Position numbers and translations under genes: made by a program | Virus record (IMG/VR): IMGVR_UViG_3300025168_000116 | Location: 1-54,104 of that record | Reading direction: 5' to 3' (one strand) | Source of the DNA: a virus | Taxonomy: Duplodnaviria; Caudoviricetes | DNA: 54,104 nucleotides | Shown: one piece after another, positions 29,901-38,271 of the stretch | Position numbering within the stretch: the first letter of the stretch is position 1 | How the letters are laid out: each line of letters opens with the position of its first letter | Notes under the pieces: generated by a model | What the model saw: only the letters and a program-made list of their open reading frames with translations | Told to the model about the DNA's origin: nothing | Database searches by the model: none

Positions 29901-30504
29901 TTATAGTTATATATTTGGTGGAGCAGATGAAGAAGATATGATTGAGCAGCAATTATTTGATACGACTGTAGAAACTATGAATGCTAATTTCCAAGGTATG
30001 GGTGCTGCTGGATATGTACCTATGTTAGTTACTAATTTTTTAGGAGGTAAGAATATGGAGTGGAATTTACCACCTGTTGTGGCAAAAACTTCTGAAGCTC
30101 TTCAAGGTATTGAAAAGTACGCTTCTATACTTAATAAAGATTATGACGAATTAACAGATACTGAAAAAGAACAATACGATAAAATGTTTGTTAACAAAAA
30201 TATAGATAAGATAATAAAATCATTAGACCCAAGTAATGAAGATCAGGATTTTGTAAAATTATTATTTAGTGGCAAAGATAAAAACTATAGAAACCCTTTA
30301 TACGAGATGTTGATAAAAGGTGAAGATTTTAAAAGGGATAAATATATAAAAATAAAAGTTACTCCTAAAGAAAAAGATAAGGAAGATAAATCTGATGGTG
30401 AATTTAAAAAGGTAAGACCACAGTTTGGATCAAGTGGTGGATTTAAAAAAGTCACACCGCAGATTGGATCTACAGGTTTCGAGAAAATAACCCCAGGCTC
30501 TTAA
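23983..30504 (+). CDS. Large internal virion / ejection protein (2173 aa)
   Basis: Largest ORF and last of the late arm. It is charged and helical with Gly/Ala hydrophobic patches. No RNAP catalytic motif recognised. Confidence 0.65.
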   Translation: MDDKRLNNIWSHLTEEKLTSSDFDTWKKNFTESETIQENIHSHLTSRQLTSSDINTWKKNLGFFLPQDKEDLVSNTKEVTITSASDEVQAPQLSASSNSSEPLPDAFEFPTTVTPGIVPTKEKEGIVSDEDLERIKQETVISFKDKEGNIVGERKGGLTDREGKYYQDKNISEFGRGLMKDDRDVEDIEADQKKSELKQKVEDVDKSIYDINLEMSGLLNQRIGKEVVKLKPKQLKGQEKLDYEKLLKRKEQSKKDLIQAKKDFTDYKPKGYEEVRIYDISTGKYVDGLNQVSDEGKKLLEERDEKINKYQGSDLESLKEFKNESYYRLLNIAKRVKDGKNAVADDRYTLQKIAEGMESLIPLGGVQQSSFVDVVEMFPDPEDKQFKEGFPNYTIKSSHPLAQEYNAALNDFYALNTAVDLNRNQALSGSEYDNSWKSGAQFVEGFGQMFYGPGAGFDSYKTSVKKPFVDAIQNIGLEGEEVAKMEEAIETTWGEETATIGGNIAGMVTQMAGPNKLLALTKIPKLLQAGNVLTKAKYGKWAAAPYSILQHGGTEAGKFYLTGKMYNNEEYYDPELGFAFGALTPVAQAGSVLLSKVPGAQIIDATLTNAMPNIYKGGKYIGSKSAQATGGVGIAYGAEIADKVVAKGHELGESWDEVIYGKTEANPEGVDPIRKASTLWAVMFASGLAQKPQNKPLHDQLTKDLVDAKYKEVNSKVLEKAEQIEKSGTKEEKSELKKARENADFNVQLKGIKTQIEEIQRSESEAANQTDALKSIMDQVIKRPKKPPGEPGGAGDVVLSKDQLSALDKAGPIQLKNMELIIKKSVKGGSITPEQGQSVINEITNVKNISRKINVENTNKSSAIEELYLEKQKLESELPSESNIINGGKETAKAEANKKRIEEIDGEIKKIAETPESTTDLLTDLIGNPKRQEQTIRNEQWRKENPELVKEIANKTDLINGEGKTIDKALEELSKEYKEPKTEEITVEDKSVVTPETFEVKSKEGEGSKTIEVIKNEDGSRSISQKVDGKEVSSDNIPKENTVDTQKYIEGTFGEILPKAKETTEVKKDVQPVQPLKTKKPVSKKPIGIEAIEKFDKLKSEGVSTENIVRELTKGNYSERVIKKTLDNAGIEYSSRLKTQVELSKLKDQLTTEGRGAEKGLELNKETVDRIAKVVDRVAKEVKNIDQKFSIKAKEAKQLLKGSARKDLTIDKADEIVKDMTKALEKIGQESLIKGINKTIKDSKSKDKSKKEIKFSPESQKALDVVRDMIEGVDLNKATYEQVKNISEYVKEIKTKGKADKALTDKVLRAEKSIVEGTSLESLYKDAKSTELKTKEEVEKFLNKETFVLLDGKRVDADFIKDNPGTDYTNAKGYEKLSVTTVNNLIGTKENKTNKQGILSKQYWLGGLIKKIGGLNPLKATANVETILGRLKKGESNEFKKQIDDISTSLTREADYQVEQRQEQSKKKTDKIFKDSFGSTSKGNRLLNKIVPKEIFKRQKGLTEKESIGVKATNGVAVDIYITGEVFKRRAEKLRQEAKNKNQKKKETAEKKANDLDNILETSGVNEKVLKDYIESNKQLKDFADKTLEFYKEMGDSFEQTAIDATGKPFLNPDYYPIYRESAKEEKTQTVEERSDAGEFAQRSAMVDRLKDADPYLSDNLDINTDVRDKMKDYVDQMSHAESYIPISQKINQVINAATKGKIIKKIGKENYENLMDNLDAIIDVNYNKSHDQMKFLQKINRLGVVITLAAKPANLIKQITSATHWGYAGLKDGITTAEVWSPLAEIPFNKEYRKVAYDVVTSPYVRNRIRKSDIDPVLKKDLLDIRNQPLEAAWRRIEQLAMSPITLGDIGGVLGGGVPYSVAKYKKIKTTPKGEFDVKAFEEAYKRFREESSTAQQSGKAFTTGKQQRTAIGKLLTTYKTSQTQALNKTMQGWLEMTDKTNTTAQRRKGFFKWQKFMRASLLFQAVGTGAAYSYIFGGADEEDMIEQQLFDTTVETMNANFQGMGAAGYVPMLVTNFLGGKNMEWNLPPVVAKTSEALQGIEKYASILNKDYDELTDTEKEQYDKMFVNKNIDKIIKSLDPSNEDQDFVKLLFSGKDKNYRNPLYEMLIKGEDFKRDKYIKIKVTPKEKDKEDKSDGEFKKVRPQFGSSGGFKKVTPQIGSTGFEKITPGS

Positions 30505-31616
30505 AATAAATGTGTTAATCTAGCGCATTGTCCATGCTTCTTATGATGTATGAATCCCTCCACAGCCTTAGGTGCTCCCATATATCCTTTCTTGGAATGC
30601 CATGCGTCTGCCCCTGATGGTGAACGAAGTGACTCACAAGTTACCCCTATGTAATCCTTAGATGTTTTATGGTGTACGTGATGTAAATAAACATACCTGT
30701 GTTCAGTCTTAGCCCAATCTTCCTTAGCTTCGTGTGCCATAAGTAATGGTAAGTCAGCTTGCTTTGCACCGTCTCCATGACTAGTAGCAATTAAATTTTC
30801 CCCATACTTGTAATACTTTCTATGTCTTATCGAGGTATCAAAAGTAATCTCCTTACAATTTCTAAACCAAGAACTAATAACATCTGCTAACATAAAACCA
30901 GAAACATAGTCGTGGTTACTTGGGTTAAATGTAAAGTGAACTGGAGCTACCGCAATCAGCATCTCTAAACATTCTATATATAATTTCTTAGCATTTAAGA
31001 AAGCCTCATACCACATACTATCCATGTTCTGTGGCGTACCCGAAGTAGTATTATTACCAGGAGTATCTACATGTAGAATATCGTTACCACCAACGAATAA
31101 TATTTGATCTATATTAAATCCTACTGACTTATCTAAAAGTCCTTGTACGCCCTCTTTAACACGCCTCACAGCGATGCTAGTGTTATACTCCTCTCCCTCA
31201 ACAGCTTTAGCTAACTTTCCTATATGTACATCAGCTGGATCAACTACCAATAAGTGGCCCTCTCTTACCTTCTCTCTTTTAATCTCAGGATACATTGGAG
31301 AATACTCCATCATCTCCTTTATTAAATCCTCTCTAACATCTTCATAGGTTGGTTTAGCGGAACCCTTAGCCATTATACTAAAGTGTTTACCCTTATACCA
31401 ATAGCTAGAAACAGAATCTATATCTATACCTACGCTCTTGCACTCATTAAATATCGCTGGGTTTCTTTGTTTTTTAACTTGTCTACCTATTCTTTTTCTT
31501 ATAGCATTTACACTATCTGGTAGATCGTATATGTCTTTGATATACTTAGCACAAGATGTGTAACTCTTACCCTTCAAGTTAACCAACTCCAAGGCATGTT
31601 TCATATATTGCTTCAT
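30501..31616 (-). CDS. Calcineurin-like metallophosphoesterase
   Basis: DxH (ADVHIG), GND, SNHD, HGD and HxHH motifs. Confidence 0.8.
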   Translation of the reverse strand: MKQYMKHALELVNLKGKSYTSCAKYIKDIYDLPDSVNAIRKRIGRQVKKQRNPAIFNECKSVGIDIDSVSSYWYKGKHFSIMAKGSAKPTYEDVREDLIKEMMEYSPMYPEIKREKVREGHLLVVDPADVHIGKLAKAVEGEEYNTSIAVRRVKEGVQGLLDKSVGFNIDQILFVGGNDILHVDTPGNNTTSGTPQNMDSMWYEAFLNAKKLYIECLEMLIAVAPVHFTFNPSNHDYVSGFMLADVISSWFRNCKEITFDTSIRHRKYYKYGENLIATSHGDGAKQADLPLLMAHEAKEDWAKTEHRYVYLHHVHHKTSKDYIGVTCESLRSPSGADAWHSKKGYMGAPKAVEGFIHHKKHGQCARLTHLF

Positions 31617-31786
31617 TTCGTTTTTAGTTCAAGTAAAACATCAATTAAAGAATCAACTGATCTTTGTAGGTCTGGATTTTCTTGATCCATTAAAGCCTCG
31701 TATATATCATCAGCGTGATTATGTATCTGATTTGTTACAAAATTGATGTAAGTTATTGTGTTTGAGTTATTTGATTTTACTGACAT
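31613..31786 (-). CDS. Hypothetical protein (start 31786 preferred over 31822)
   Basis: ATG 31786 is preceded by AATTAAATCAA. The stop overlaps the next start. Confidence 0.6.
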   Translation of the reverse strand: MSVKSNNSNTITYINFVTNQIHNHADDIYEALMDQENPDLQRSVDSLIDVLLELKTK

Positions 31787-31859
31787 TTGATTTAATTTTA
31801 GCGAAAGAATTTTCATTACCACTTATTTATAAGTGGTTTAGAAACAGTTTAACTATTAG

Positions 31860-32042
31860 TTATTCTATCTCTACAAGGTTTTTAATATCTACTTTAAACA
31901 AACCTTTTCTTTCTTGTTTACTAAAGCTAACTAAAGCATAGTTACTTGTAAGGTTTTTTATGTAGATTTTTTTGCCGTTGTATGACAATCTTTTCTTCAT
32001 TATTTCTGTGTTTATATTATTTAGTTTATTTAAAAAATCCAT
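31860..32042 (-). CDS. Hypothetical protein
   Basis: ORF in the minus-strand operon. ATG 32042 is coupled to the upstream stop. Confidence 0.55.
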   Translation of the reverse strand: MDFLNKLNNINTEIMKKRLSYNGKKIYIKNLTSNYALVSFSKQERKGLFKVDIKNLVEIE

Positions 32043-32263
32043 TAATTTAATTGTGTTAAAAGTTTTACATACCACTCTTCATCATCCATAGGCTCTCCTT
32101 CGCCCAATAATCTATCTACGTCATCATCTATTATATAAATGTTATTTAGAAACGCATCAAGAACATCGTCTTCTGAACACTTGTATAAAGATTTTATTGT
32201 ATCAACAGGCATCCCTCTTTTAATCATCTCTGGTATGTTTTCTAACTGATCTTCTGTTAACAT
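32042..32263 (-). CDS. Hypothetical acidic protein
   Basis: 73-aa ORF overlapping its neighbours. Confidence 0.6.
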   Translation of the reverse strand: MLTEDQLENIPEMIKRGMPVDTIKSLYKCSEDDVLDAFLNNIYIIDDDVDRLLGEGEPMDDEEWYVKLLTQLN

Positions 32264-32601
32264 ATTAAACGTATTTTATTTTTATTAGCTTTAAAAATAT
32301 TACCATCTAGTATTAAGTCTAAGTACTTATCAACGTCAATTTTTTTATAATCAAATATAATATACTCCCCAGTGTGTATACAAGATGCTTGTATCTGTAG
32401 GTATATATCTTCATCTTCTTCGTCCTTAATAATTAACCCTAAAGTTGTTAGCTGAATTAAATCATTGTCAATCATTTCAATACTATCAAACAACATATTA
32501 GAGAAGTGTTCACTCTCATAGTTTAGTTTTAGCATCACGTCTGAAGACATAGAAACTATGTTATTCTTTTCCATATACTTCTGTGTTAAACCCATTGTCA
32601 C
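32257..32601 (-). CDS. Hypothetical protein (start probably 32574, MEKNN)
   Basis: Acidic ORF in the operon. Confidence 0.6.
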   Translation of the reverse strand: MTMGLTQKYMEKNNIVSMSSDVMLKLNYESEHFSNMLFDSIEMIDNDLIQLTTLGLIIKDEEDEDIYLQIQASCIHTGEYIIFDYKKIDVDKYLDLILDGNIFKANKNKIRLIC

Positions 32602-32803
32602 TTAGTTCTTTTAATCTATACTCTTGCAACTTAGACAGTCTTCCTGTTTTAGTTTTTATTTCCGAGAACAAAACGTTCTCTCCTGGTTTAACCGCTATAA
32701 GATCTGGTATCCCATTCTTATTGGTCTTCATTAATTTAATTACATAATACCCTTCCGCCTCTAGCTCCTTGATTCTTTTTCTTTGAATGTCTTGCTCTTT
32801 CAA
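32561..32803 (-). CDS. VRR-NUC domain nuclease
   Basis: E.DIQ...GIPDL...EIK...GRLSKLQ motif. The TTG start is 5 nt after TAACTTTG (32809-32816, minus). Confidence 0.85.
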   Translation of the reverse strand: MKEQDIQRKRIKELEAEGYYVIKLMKTNKNGIPDLIAVKPGENVLFSEIKTKTGRLSKLQEYRLKELSDNGFNTEVYGKE

Positions 32804-32891
32804 TGCTACAAAGTTAAAAAAAAAACAGCGAACTTAGTAAGGTGTCTATTACTCGTGAATATATTAAGTGAATAACGCAACTGCAATTTAT

Positions 32892-33143
32892 TTAATAATT
32901 AGTTTTTAACAAGTCCCAACACCATATAGGTGTTTTTTCTCCTACATACCCACCGCTTACATTGTAAGTAAAGTATTCTATAGCATCAGTGTAGTCCATA
33001 TCTTCTTTTAATATTTCTATACATTTAGAGACTGAATATATAAGTCTCATCTCGGTTTCATCAACACCTATTAAAGCATCATCAAATCCATCGGCTATTA
33101 AGAATTCTTCTTCATAATAGTTTTCAATTATTTCCTTTAACAT
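32892..33143 (-). CDS. Conserved phage hypothetical protein
   Basis: ADGFDDALIG...EYFxYN..GGYVGExTP pattern. Confidence 0.7.
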   Translation of the reverse strand: MLKEIIENYYEEEFLIADGFDDALIGVDETEMRLIYSVSKCIEILKEDMDYTDAIEYFTYNVSGGYVGEKTPIWCWDLLKTNY

Positions 33144-34365
33144 AGTCTTTTTTAAAATGTGTTATTGTATAATTCTTTTTACCCTGTACTGCCTTGTATA
33201 TCTTCTTCTCTATACCGCCTCTACTAAATACCCAATACACCTTGTTGTATCTCCTGTTCTTGGTGGTCATTCTATCTCTACTCTGCCAGTAACTAGTAGC
33301 ACTGAAGTCAATGTTGTAGTAAACAATATACTTAGCCTTGCGAAGTGATATCCCTTCTCTACCGCTAACTATTTGTAGAGCTATAGTTTTTTCAGAGTTA
33401 TCAAACTCATCTATATCTGTAGTTAAGTCATCACCAAACTCTTCCTTGAGTGCTTTTAACTCAGCAGTAAACTTATAAAAGATGGCTATCTTCTCACCCT
33501 TAAACTTATTCTTTATAAACCTAGCCTTTGAATCATCTATTACCATAGAGTTTCCGCTTTCAAACTTAACAGTACCACTATGTATTTGATGTAACTTCAT
33601 CATTAGCTTTACAGATGTGTCTGCTAATATCACCTCCTCTTTACCCTCCACTACTAAGTTAGCTTCTAATCTTTCACATAGTCTATAAGTACTTGGCTTC
33701 ATATCAACATATAAAACATCCTCTTCTATTTCTGACATAAAACCAGCCTGCTTCTGTGTATACGATATCATATACGGTTTTATTACACCCATTATCTTTT
33801 CCATCAAACCATTTGAGTAATCATTAACTACATTGCCACCAATCCTTCTTTGTGATACATTAACGTATTGTGTAGCAAACTTATAGAAGTTTTTAAATTG
33901 ATTAAACGGATTATTTCTGTGTCCATATACCTGGTGGTATATCTGTGAGAAACTCTCAGGTGTTGGTGTACCAGACATTAATATCATTCTAGGTATTATC
34001 ATATTGCTTAATATATTCCTAACATCCTTAGCTCTTTTACTTGGCTTAGGAAAAGCACCCATTGAATGAGCCTCATCACATATAACTAAATCAGGATCAG
34101 ACATAGTTCTTTTATGTAAACTCTCATAGTTTATAACCTCTAACTTAAACTTAGGATTTAATAAAGCATAATCATTCTCAATAGAATATATTGCCTTCTT
34201 CTTTGTTATAAACAAAACACTACTAGCCCCGATCTTTTGAGCTATACCAAGGCTAGTAAGCGTTTTCCCCGTCCTGACTTCCATGGATAAATAGACTAAC
34301 CCAGTGTCAGACAACTTCTTAGACCCAATATTAATTATACTTTTTTGGTAATCTCTAAACTCCAT
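33124..34365 (-). CDS. SNF2-like superfamily 2 helicase
   Basis: Q motif RDYQ, Walker A variant VRTGKT, DEAH, SGTP, GREGISL and QSRDR. Confidence 0.85.
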   Translation of the reverse strand: MEFRDYQKSIINIGSKKLSDTGLVYLSMEVRTGKTLTSLGIAQKIGASSVLFITKKKAIYSIENDYALLNPKFKLEVINYESLHKRTMSDPDLVICDEAHSMGAFPKPSKRAKDVRNILSNMIIPRMILMSGTPTPESFSQIYHQVYGHRNNPFNQFKNFYKFATQYVNVSQRRIGGNVVNDYSNGLMEKIMGVIKPYMISYTQKQAGFMSEIEEDVLYVDMKPSTYRLCERLEANLVVEGKEEVILADTSVKLMMKLHQIHSGTVKFESGNSMVIDDSKARFIKNKFKGEKIAIFYKFTAELKALKEEFGDDLTTDIDEFDNSEKTIALQIVSGREGISLRKAKYIVYYNIDFSATSYWQSRDRMTTKNRRYNKVYWVFSRGGIEKKIYKAVQGKKNYTITHFKKDYVKGNN

Positions 34366-34588
34366 CTCTTTTATTTTTTACATCAGAACATTTTTCGTAT
34401 TCTTCTGTGGTTTCAAAATATGAAATTATAAAATCAAGGTCATCATCTGTTATACTATCATCTACATCGTGAATAAACATAGGGTAATCTCCTTGTATTA
34501 TATTTTCGTAAGTATCTATCTCCATATATAAAGCGTAAGTATTTCTTATTGCTATATCTATAGCTTCATCTAAATTTAATTCATCCAT
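34355..34588 (-). CDS. Hypothetical acidic protein
   Basis: 77 aa with a C-terminal EEYEKC helix, coupled to the primase stop. Confidence 0.65.
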   Translation of the reverse strand: MDELNLDEAIDIAIRNTYALYMEIDTYENIIQGDYPMFIHDVDDSITDDDLDFIISYFETTEEYEKCSDVKNKRDGV

Positions 34589-36969
34589 TAGATGTTAATT
34601 TTTATTTGTTCCTCTTTAGGAGTTTCAATATATATATGTCTTCCATGTTGGTCTCTACCCTCTTTAGGATTACTACCCATAATATAATTACCATAAGCTA
34701 TTAGCCACTTTCCAAATTGTATACGTGTTAATTTTTTATAATAGTCTGGGTTGTCTGCAACAAATTGATTATAAGCATCTGATTTGTATATAGTTCTGTC
34801 TAATAAGTTATTGTCTCTATCAGACACCCATTCAAAAAACTGATGATTAGTTTCTGCTATAAACTTTCTAGTCTCTAAGTTTTTAAACTTACTCTTTACA
34901 AAACCATTCTTCATAAAGAATTTTAAATTACCTAACATATAGTTGTCGAACCTACACCATTCCCCTTCATCCCAATCGTCAAACAATAATCTACCAAATT
35001 CATCGTAAGGTGTAAACCCACTGCCATAGTACCTAGTTAGTTCTAATTCCCATTTTCTTCTATCAAATGAGCTGCCTTTACCTTTTATAGCGTAGTTAGT
35101 AGTAATTACAACTTTAGGTGACTGCTCGTATGGAATCTTAATTGCATCCTTATTCTTTTTTTCTAATGTAATACCTTCTGTAATGACACTAAATAGATTC
35201 TCGAATATAAAGTTCTTTTTTACATCATCGAATGTAAGTATCTGTGTATCAGCTGATACTAATTGATACGCAAAAGATTTGTCAAAAGAAAACTCCTTAC
35301 CATTAATTACTACATTCTTTTTCATCTCAGTTATACCCTGTACAAATAAACCTTTTCCTGTTCCTCCTTCTGGGTTATCACTAATTACTTCATCATTAAT
35401 AATTACAGCTGGACAAAATCCTTTGTCCTTGTATCCTTGTAGTAAAAAACCAATCGTACTGTGCATTGATTTAATTCTATTAGAATCGTTGTTAGATATG
35501 TTAGCTATAAATGTTTTGTAGTCGCACTCGTTAGACTCACAGAAATCAAACTCTCTATTTATTATCTGATCATTCCATACATAACCACCTAAATTCTCAT
35601 ACTCCACCTTTTCAATATCATCTTTAGTTACTTTAACCGCACAGTTCTTGTAATATATGTAGGATGTGTTGGTATTGTCTACTAAAAATGGAACCTCTGT
35701 AAAGTCTAGCATTGACAAAAAGTCTTCCTTAAAAAATCTAGTCTTGTCTGCAAAGTGATTGTATATACTTAAGTCTTCTAAGTTTTCTAAGTAACCTAAT
35801 ACATCATCTTTAATCTTTTCTTCATTAGTATTGTGTACTCTATTACTTTCTATCTTAATAAATATAAAACTTTTACCACCATCTGGGTAATACCTATAGT
35901 AGCCTCTATCTTGTAGGAAAGCTCTGAACATAAAGTGTATAACAGACACTACTCCTTTATCACTCTTGGACCAAAACCTTAAGCTGTTGGATTCTTTTTC
36001 TTTGTCTTCTATGACAGCATCCGCTACTTCGCCCTCAACTCCAGCTTCTACTAATTGAGAACGTATTTTCTTTTTTTGCACACCTGCCCTTAACTTATCT
36101 CTAACAGAGTTAACTTTATCTCTATCTTCAAAGAACTTAGTGTTAAAATTCTGAACACTTCTATATGCACTATCAAGAGTTATCTTTATCTCATTATCTG
36201 TAAAGTCTTCCTGAGTATATCCACTCATAACATACGAAGCTAAATCTCTGTTTATTCCAAAGTCATTAAATGCTGAGGCTAGAATATATACATTATTATT
36301 TCTCTCACCATCTATCATGCCGTACTTCTTCTCCCACCAGGACTTTAACCTTCTAACTATCTCATCTTGGTTAGATACCTTAATGGTTTTAATACCATCG
36401 CTTACCTTCAATTGATCGTACTCTTTTTCATCTAACGTATCCCAAACTATACTATCAGCATTAACAAATAATTTTAAATCGTATGATTCGTAACATACTC
36501 TTGAAAGATTCTTACACGCCTTATCAAAGTGAGTAGAGTTGTAATGTTTTTCAAGGGCATTAAAGTACGCCTTGTGATTGTCAACTTCCTTTGGTATCTT
36601 AACTAATACTTTGATACCATTACCGCTTGGTGAAGTAAATAAAGCAAATGTATATGGATCTTTTTGTATCTTTTTTCTCTCCTCGTTAAGATCTTTAATA
36701 GTAGAATATCCATCAAAGTCTAAACAAATTAAACCACTGTGGTTTGTAATAGAAGAGTCTTCCCTTTTATTAAACTCTCCAGAAAAACATATAGCAGGTA
36801 ATCCTTTTTTAAGTAGATTCCTTTGCTCTTTATCCTTTTCTTTTCTTATGTTTTCGATTAGCTCTTTGGATTTTCCATCCTTAATTCTTTGTAAGACCAC
36901 AGAAACATCTCTAAAAAAAGGTGTTGATGTGTCTCTTATGTTTTGAAATATCGTTATTTTATAGTCCAT
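34588..36969 (-). CDS. Primase-helicase (BT4734/VirE-N-like primase domain, PriCT, P-loop helicase)
   Basis: KKxLPAICFSG.F, SGLICLDFD, SPSGNGIK, GERNN, Walker A GGTGKG, FDD and ITTNY. Confidence 0.85.
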   Translation of the reverse strand: MDYKITIFQNIRDTSTPFFRDVSVVLQRIKDGKSKELIENIRKEKDKEQRNLLKKGLPAICFSGEFNKREDSSITNHSGLICLDFDGYSTIKDLNEERKKIQKDPYTFALFTSPSGNGIKVLVKIPKEVDNHKAYFNALEKHYNSTHFDKACKNLSRVCYESYDLKLFVNADSIVWDTLDEKEYDQLKVSDGIKTIKVSNQDEIVRRLKSWWEKKYGMIDGERNNNVYILASAFNDFGINRDLASYVMSGYTQEDFTDNEIKITLDSAYRSVQNFNTKFFEDRDKVNSVRDKLRAGVQKKKIRSQLVEAGVEGEVADAVIEDKEKESNSLRFWSKSDKGVVSVIHFMFRAFLQDRGYYRYYPDGGKSFIFIKIESNRVHNTNEEKIKDDVLGYLENLEDLSIYNHFADKTRFFKEDFLSMLDFTEVPFLVDNTNTSYIYYKNCAVKVTKDDIEKVEYENLGGYVWNDQIINREFDFCESNECDYKTFIANISNNDSNRIKSMHSTIGFLLQGYKDKGFCPAVIINDEVISDNPEGGTGKGLFVQGITEMKKNVVINGKEFSFDKSFAYQLVSADTQILTFDDVKKNFIFENLFSVITEGITLEKKNKDAIKIPYEQSPKVVITTNYAIKGKGSSFDRRKWELELTRYYGSGFTPYDEFGRLLFDDWDEGEWCRFDNYMLGNLKFFMKNGFVKSKFKNLETRKFIAETNHQFFEWVSDRDNNLLDRTIYKSDAYNQFVADNPDYYKKLTRIQFGKWLIAYGNYIMGSNPKEGRDQHGRHIYIETPKEEQIKINI

Positions 36970-36980
36970 TTTATTAAATT

Positions 36981-37201
36981 TTGTGACGAGTTTTAGTGTT
37001 TTATGACAAGTTTATAGTGGTTTGTGACAACTTTGTGACAACCTATTTGTTTAACTCAAGTAACTTAACTAGCTCATTAGCAGTACCTTGAGATTTTCCA
37101 TTCCTAGAATGACAACTTTTCTTACATATATACAAGAAAAAAATATAAATACTATTTAAAAGTATAAAGAGAGTAGGGAGACTTATTTTGATTCTTGTCA
37201 T
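36981..37201. repeat. Origin-like element copy A (TGACAA iterons, AT-rich core)
   Basis: TGACAA/TGACGA at 36984, 37004, 37025, 37036 and 37110, inverted at 37195. It shares 23 identical nt with 47359-47381. Confidence 0.65.
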
Positions 37202-37233
37202 ATTATATTTTATCTCCCTTACTCTCATCTTAT

Positions 37234-37524
37234 TTAGAATGGTAAGTCCTCAGTCTTAGCTGCCACCACTGGCTTCTTAGTTTCCTCTTTCTTCTCAGCA
37301 ACCACTGAATTACCATTGGTCCAGACTACTTTTCCATTACCCACATAAGTTCGTTGAGCTTTCGCTTCACGCTCTTCTTTAGATTGTTGATGAAACATAG
37401 CTGCGTTGTTACCGTAGTTATCTGTCTCATCGTTTACTGAAATGGTAAAGTATCCCTTTCCATCATTTAGCTTAGACTTATCTATCTTCTTAAAGTCTAC
37501 ATAAAAGCTTATTAATTGTGCCAT
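37234..37524 (-). CDS. Putative single-stranded DNA-binding protein
   Basis: 96 aa with acidic C-terminus EDLPF, next to the exonuclease and ERF genes. Confidence 0.65.
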   Translation of the reverse strand: MAQLISFYVDFKKIDKSKLNDGKGYFTISVNDETDNYGNNAAMFHQQSKEEREAKAQRTYVGNGKVVWTNGNSVVAEKKEETKKPVVAAKTEDLPF

Positions 37525-37527
37525 TGT

Positions 37528-38271
37528 TTATAGTGTTTCGTTTATAAAATATTGATTTATATCTTCTGTAGGATTTTCCCCGAAGAATGTATTATACACT
37601 TCAATTGCTTGACTTACCTTGTCTTGCCCTCTGCTTAAGAAGTCTTCAGAGCAGTCAAACATTCCTAGTCTGCCCGATGATTTCTCTATAGCTACGAAAA
37701 CTACAGGGTGTCCAAACAATTGTTGATATATCCACGCCTGACTATCATAGTTATACCTACGAGCTTTGTATTTAAAATCATCCAACGTTGCTGTTGTCTT
37801 GATATCAATAATTAAATCTCGTGTAACTATATCTGCCTTGCCCTTCCACATCAAGCCACCGATTTCACCTAATCCAGGCTCCTCGTACTTGTTGGTCTTG
37901 TCATATATAATTTCGTTTAGGAACACATTTGCCCTAATTTCTTTTGCTAACCACTCTATATGGGTAGCTTCCTTACTTAAAAGGATCATATCTTTATCTG
38001 TTTCCTCTAAATCAGCTCTATATTTTTTAGTAACCCTTGACGAACAGTCCGAAATAATAAAATTATCTTTCTTCTCTGGCTCTAAAATTAACGTATGTAG
38101 GTAGTTACCCTCTAACATAGCTAAAGACCCTTTAGAAGGCTTCTTAAACCCCTTAGGATTGTTAAGGAGAGATCTAATATCGCTGTTAGATAAGAAAGTT
38201 TTGCCGTAAGGACCATAATAACTATCGTCATCACGTAACTTTTTTAATATCACTTCTCTATTATCTTTCAT
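37528..38271 (-). CDS. PD-(D/E)XK exonuclease (ExoVIII/DUF3799-like)
   Basis: LSxS, G..LHTLILEP, KGKAD, IDIKTT, Y..QA.IY and VAIEK. Confidence 0.85.
   Translation of the reverse strand: MKDNREVILKKLRDDDSYYGPYGKTFLSNSDIRSLLNNPKGFKKPSKGSLAMLEGNYLHTLILEPEKKDNFIISDCSSRVTKKYRADLEETDKDMILLSKEATHIEWLAKEIRANVFLNEIIYDKTNKYEEPGLGEIGGLMWKGKADIVTRDLIIDIKTTATLDDFKYKARRYNYDSQAWIYQQLFGHPVVFVAIEKSSGRLGMFDCSEDFLSRGQDKVSQAIEVYNTFFGENPTEDINQYFINETL

Noticed and set aside
23983-30504. Virion RNA polymerase as in crAss-like or N4-like phages
   Set aside because: I found no DxDxD-type catalytic motif in a credible context, and host-type promoters occur throughout.
36981-37045. TGACAA repeats as a mini-CRISPR array
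   Set aside because: The repeats are 6-10 nt with irregular short spacing, and there are no cas genes.
37043-37228. 61-aa minus-strand ORF
   Set aside because: It overlies the origin-like element, whose second copy has no matching ORF, so it is likely spurious.
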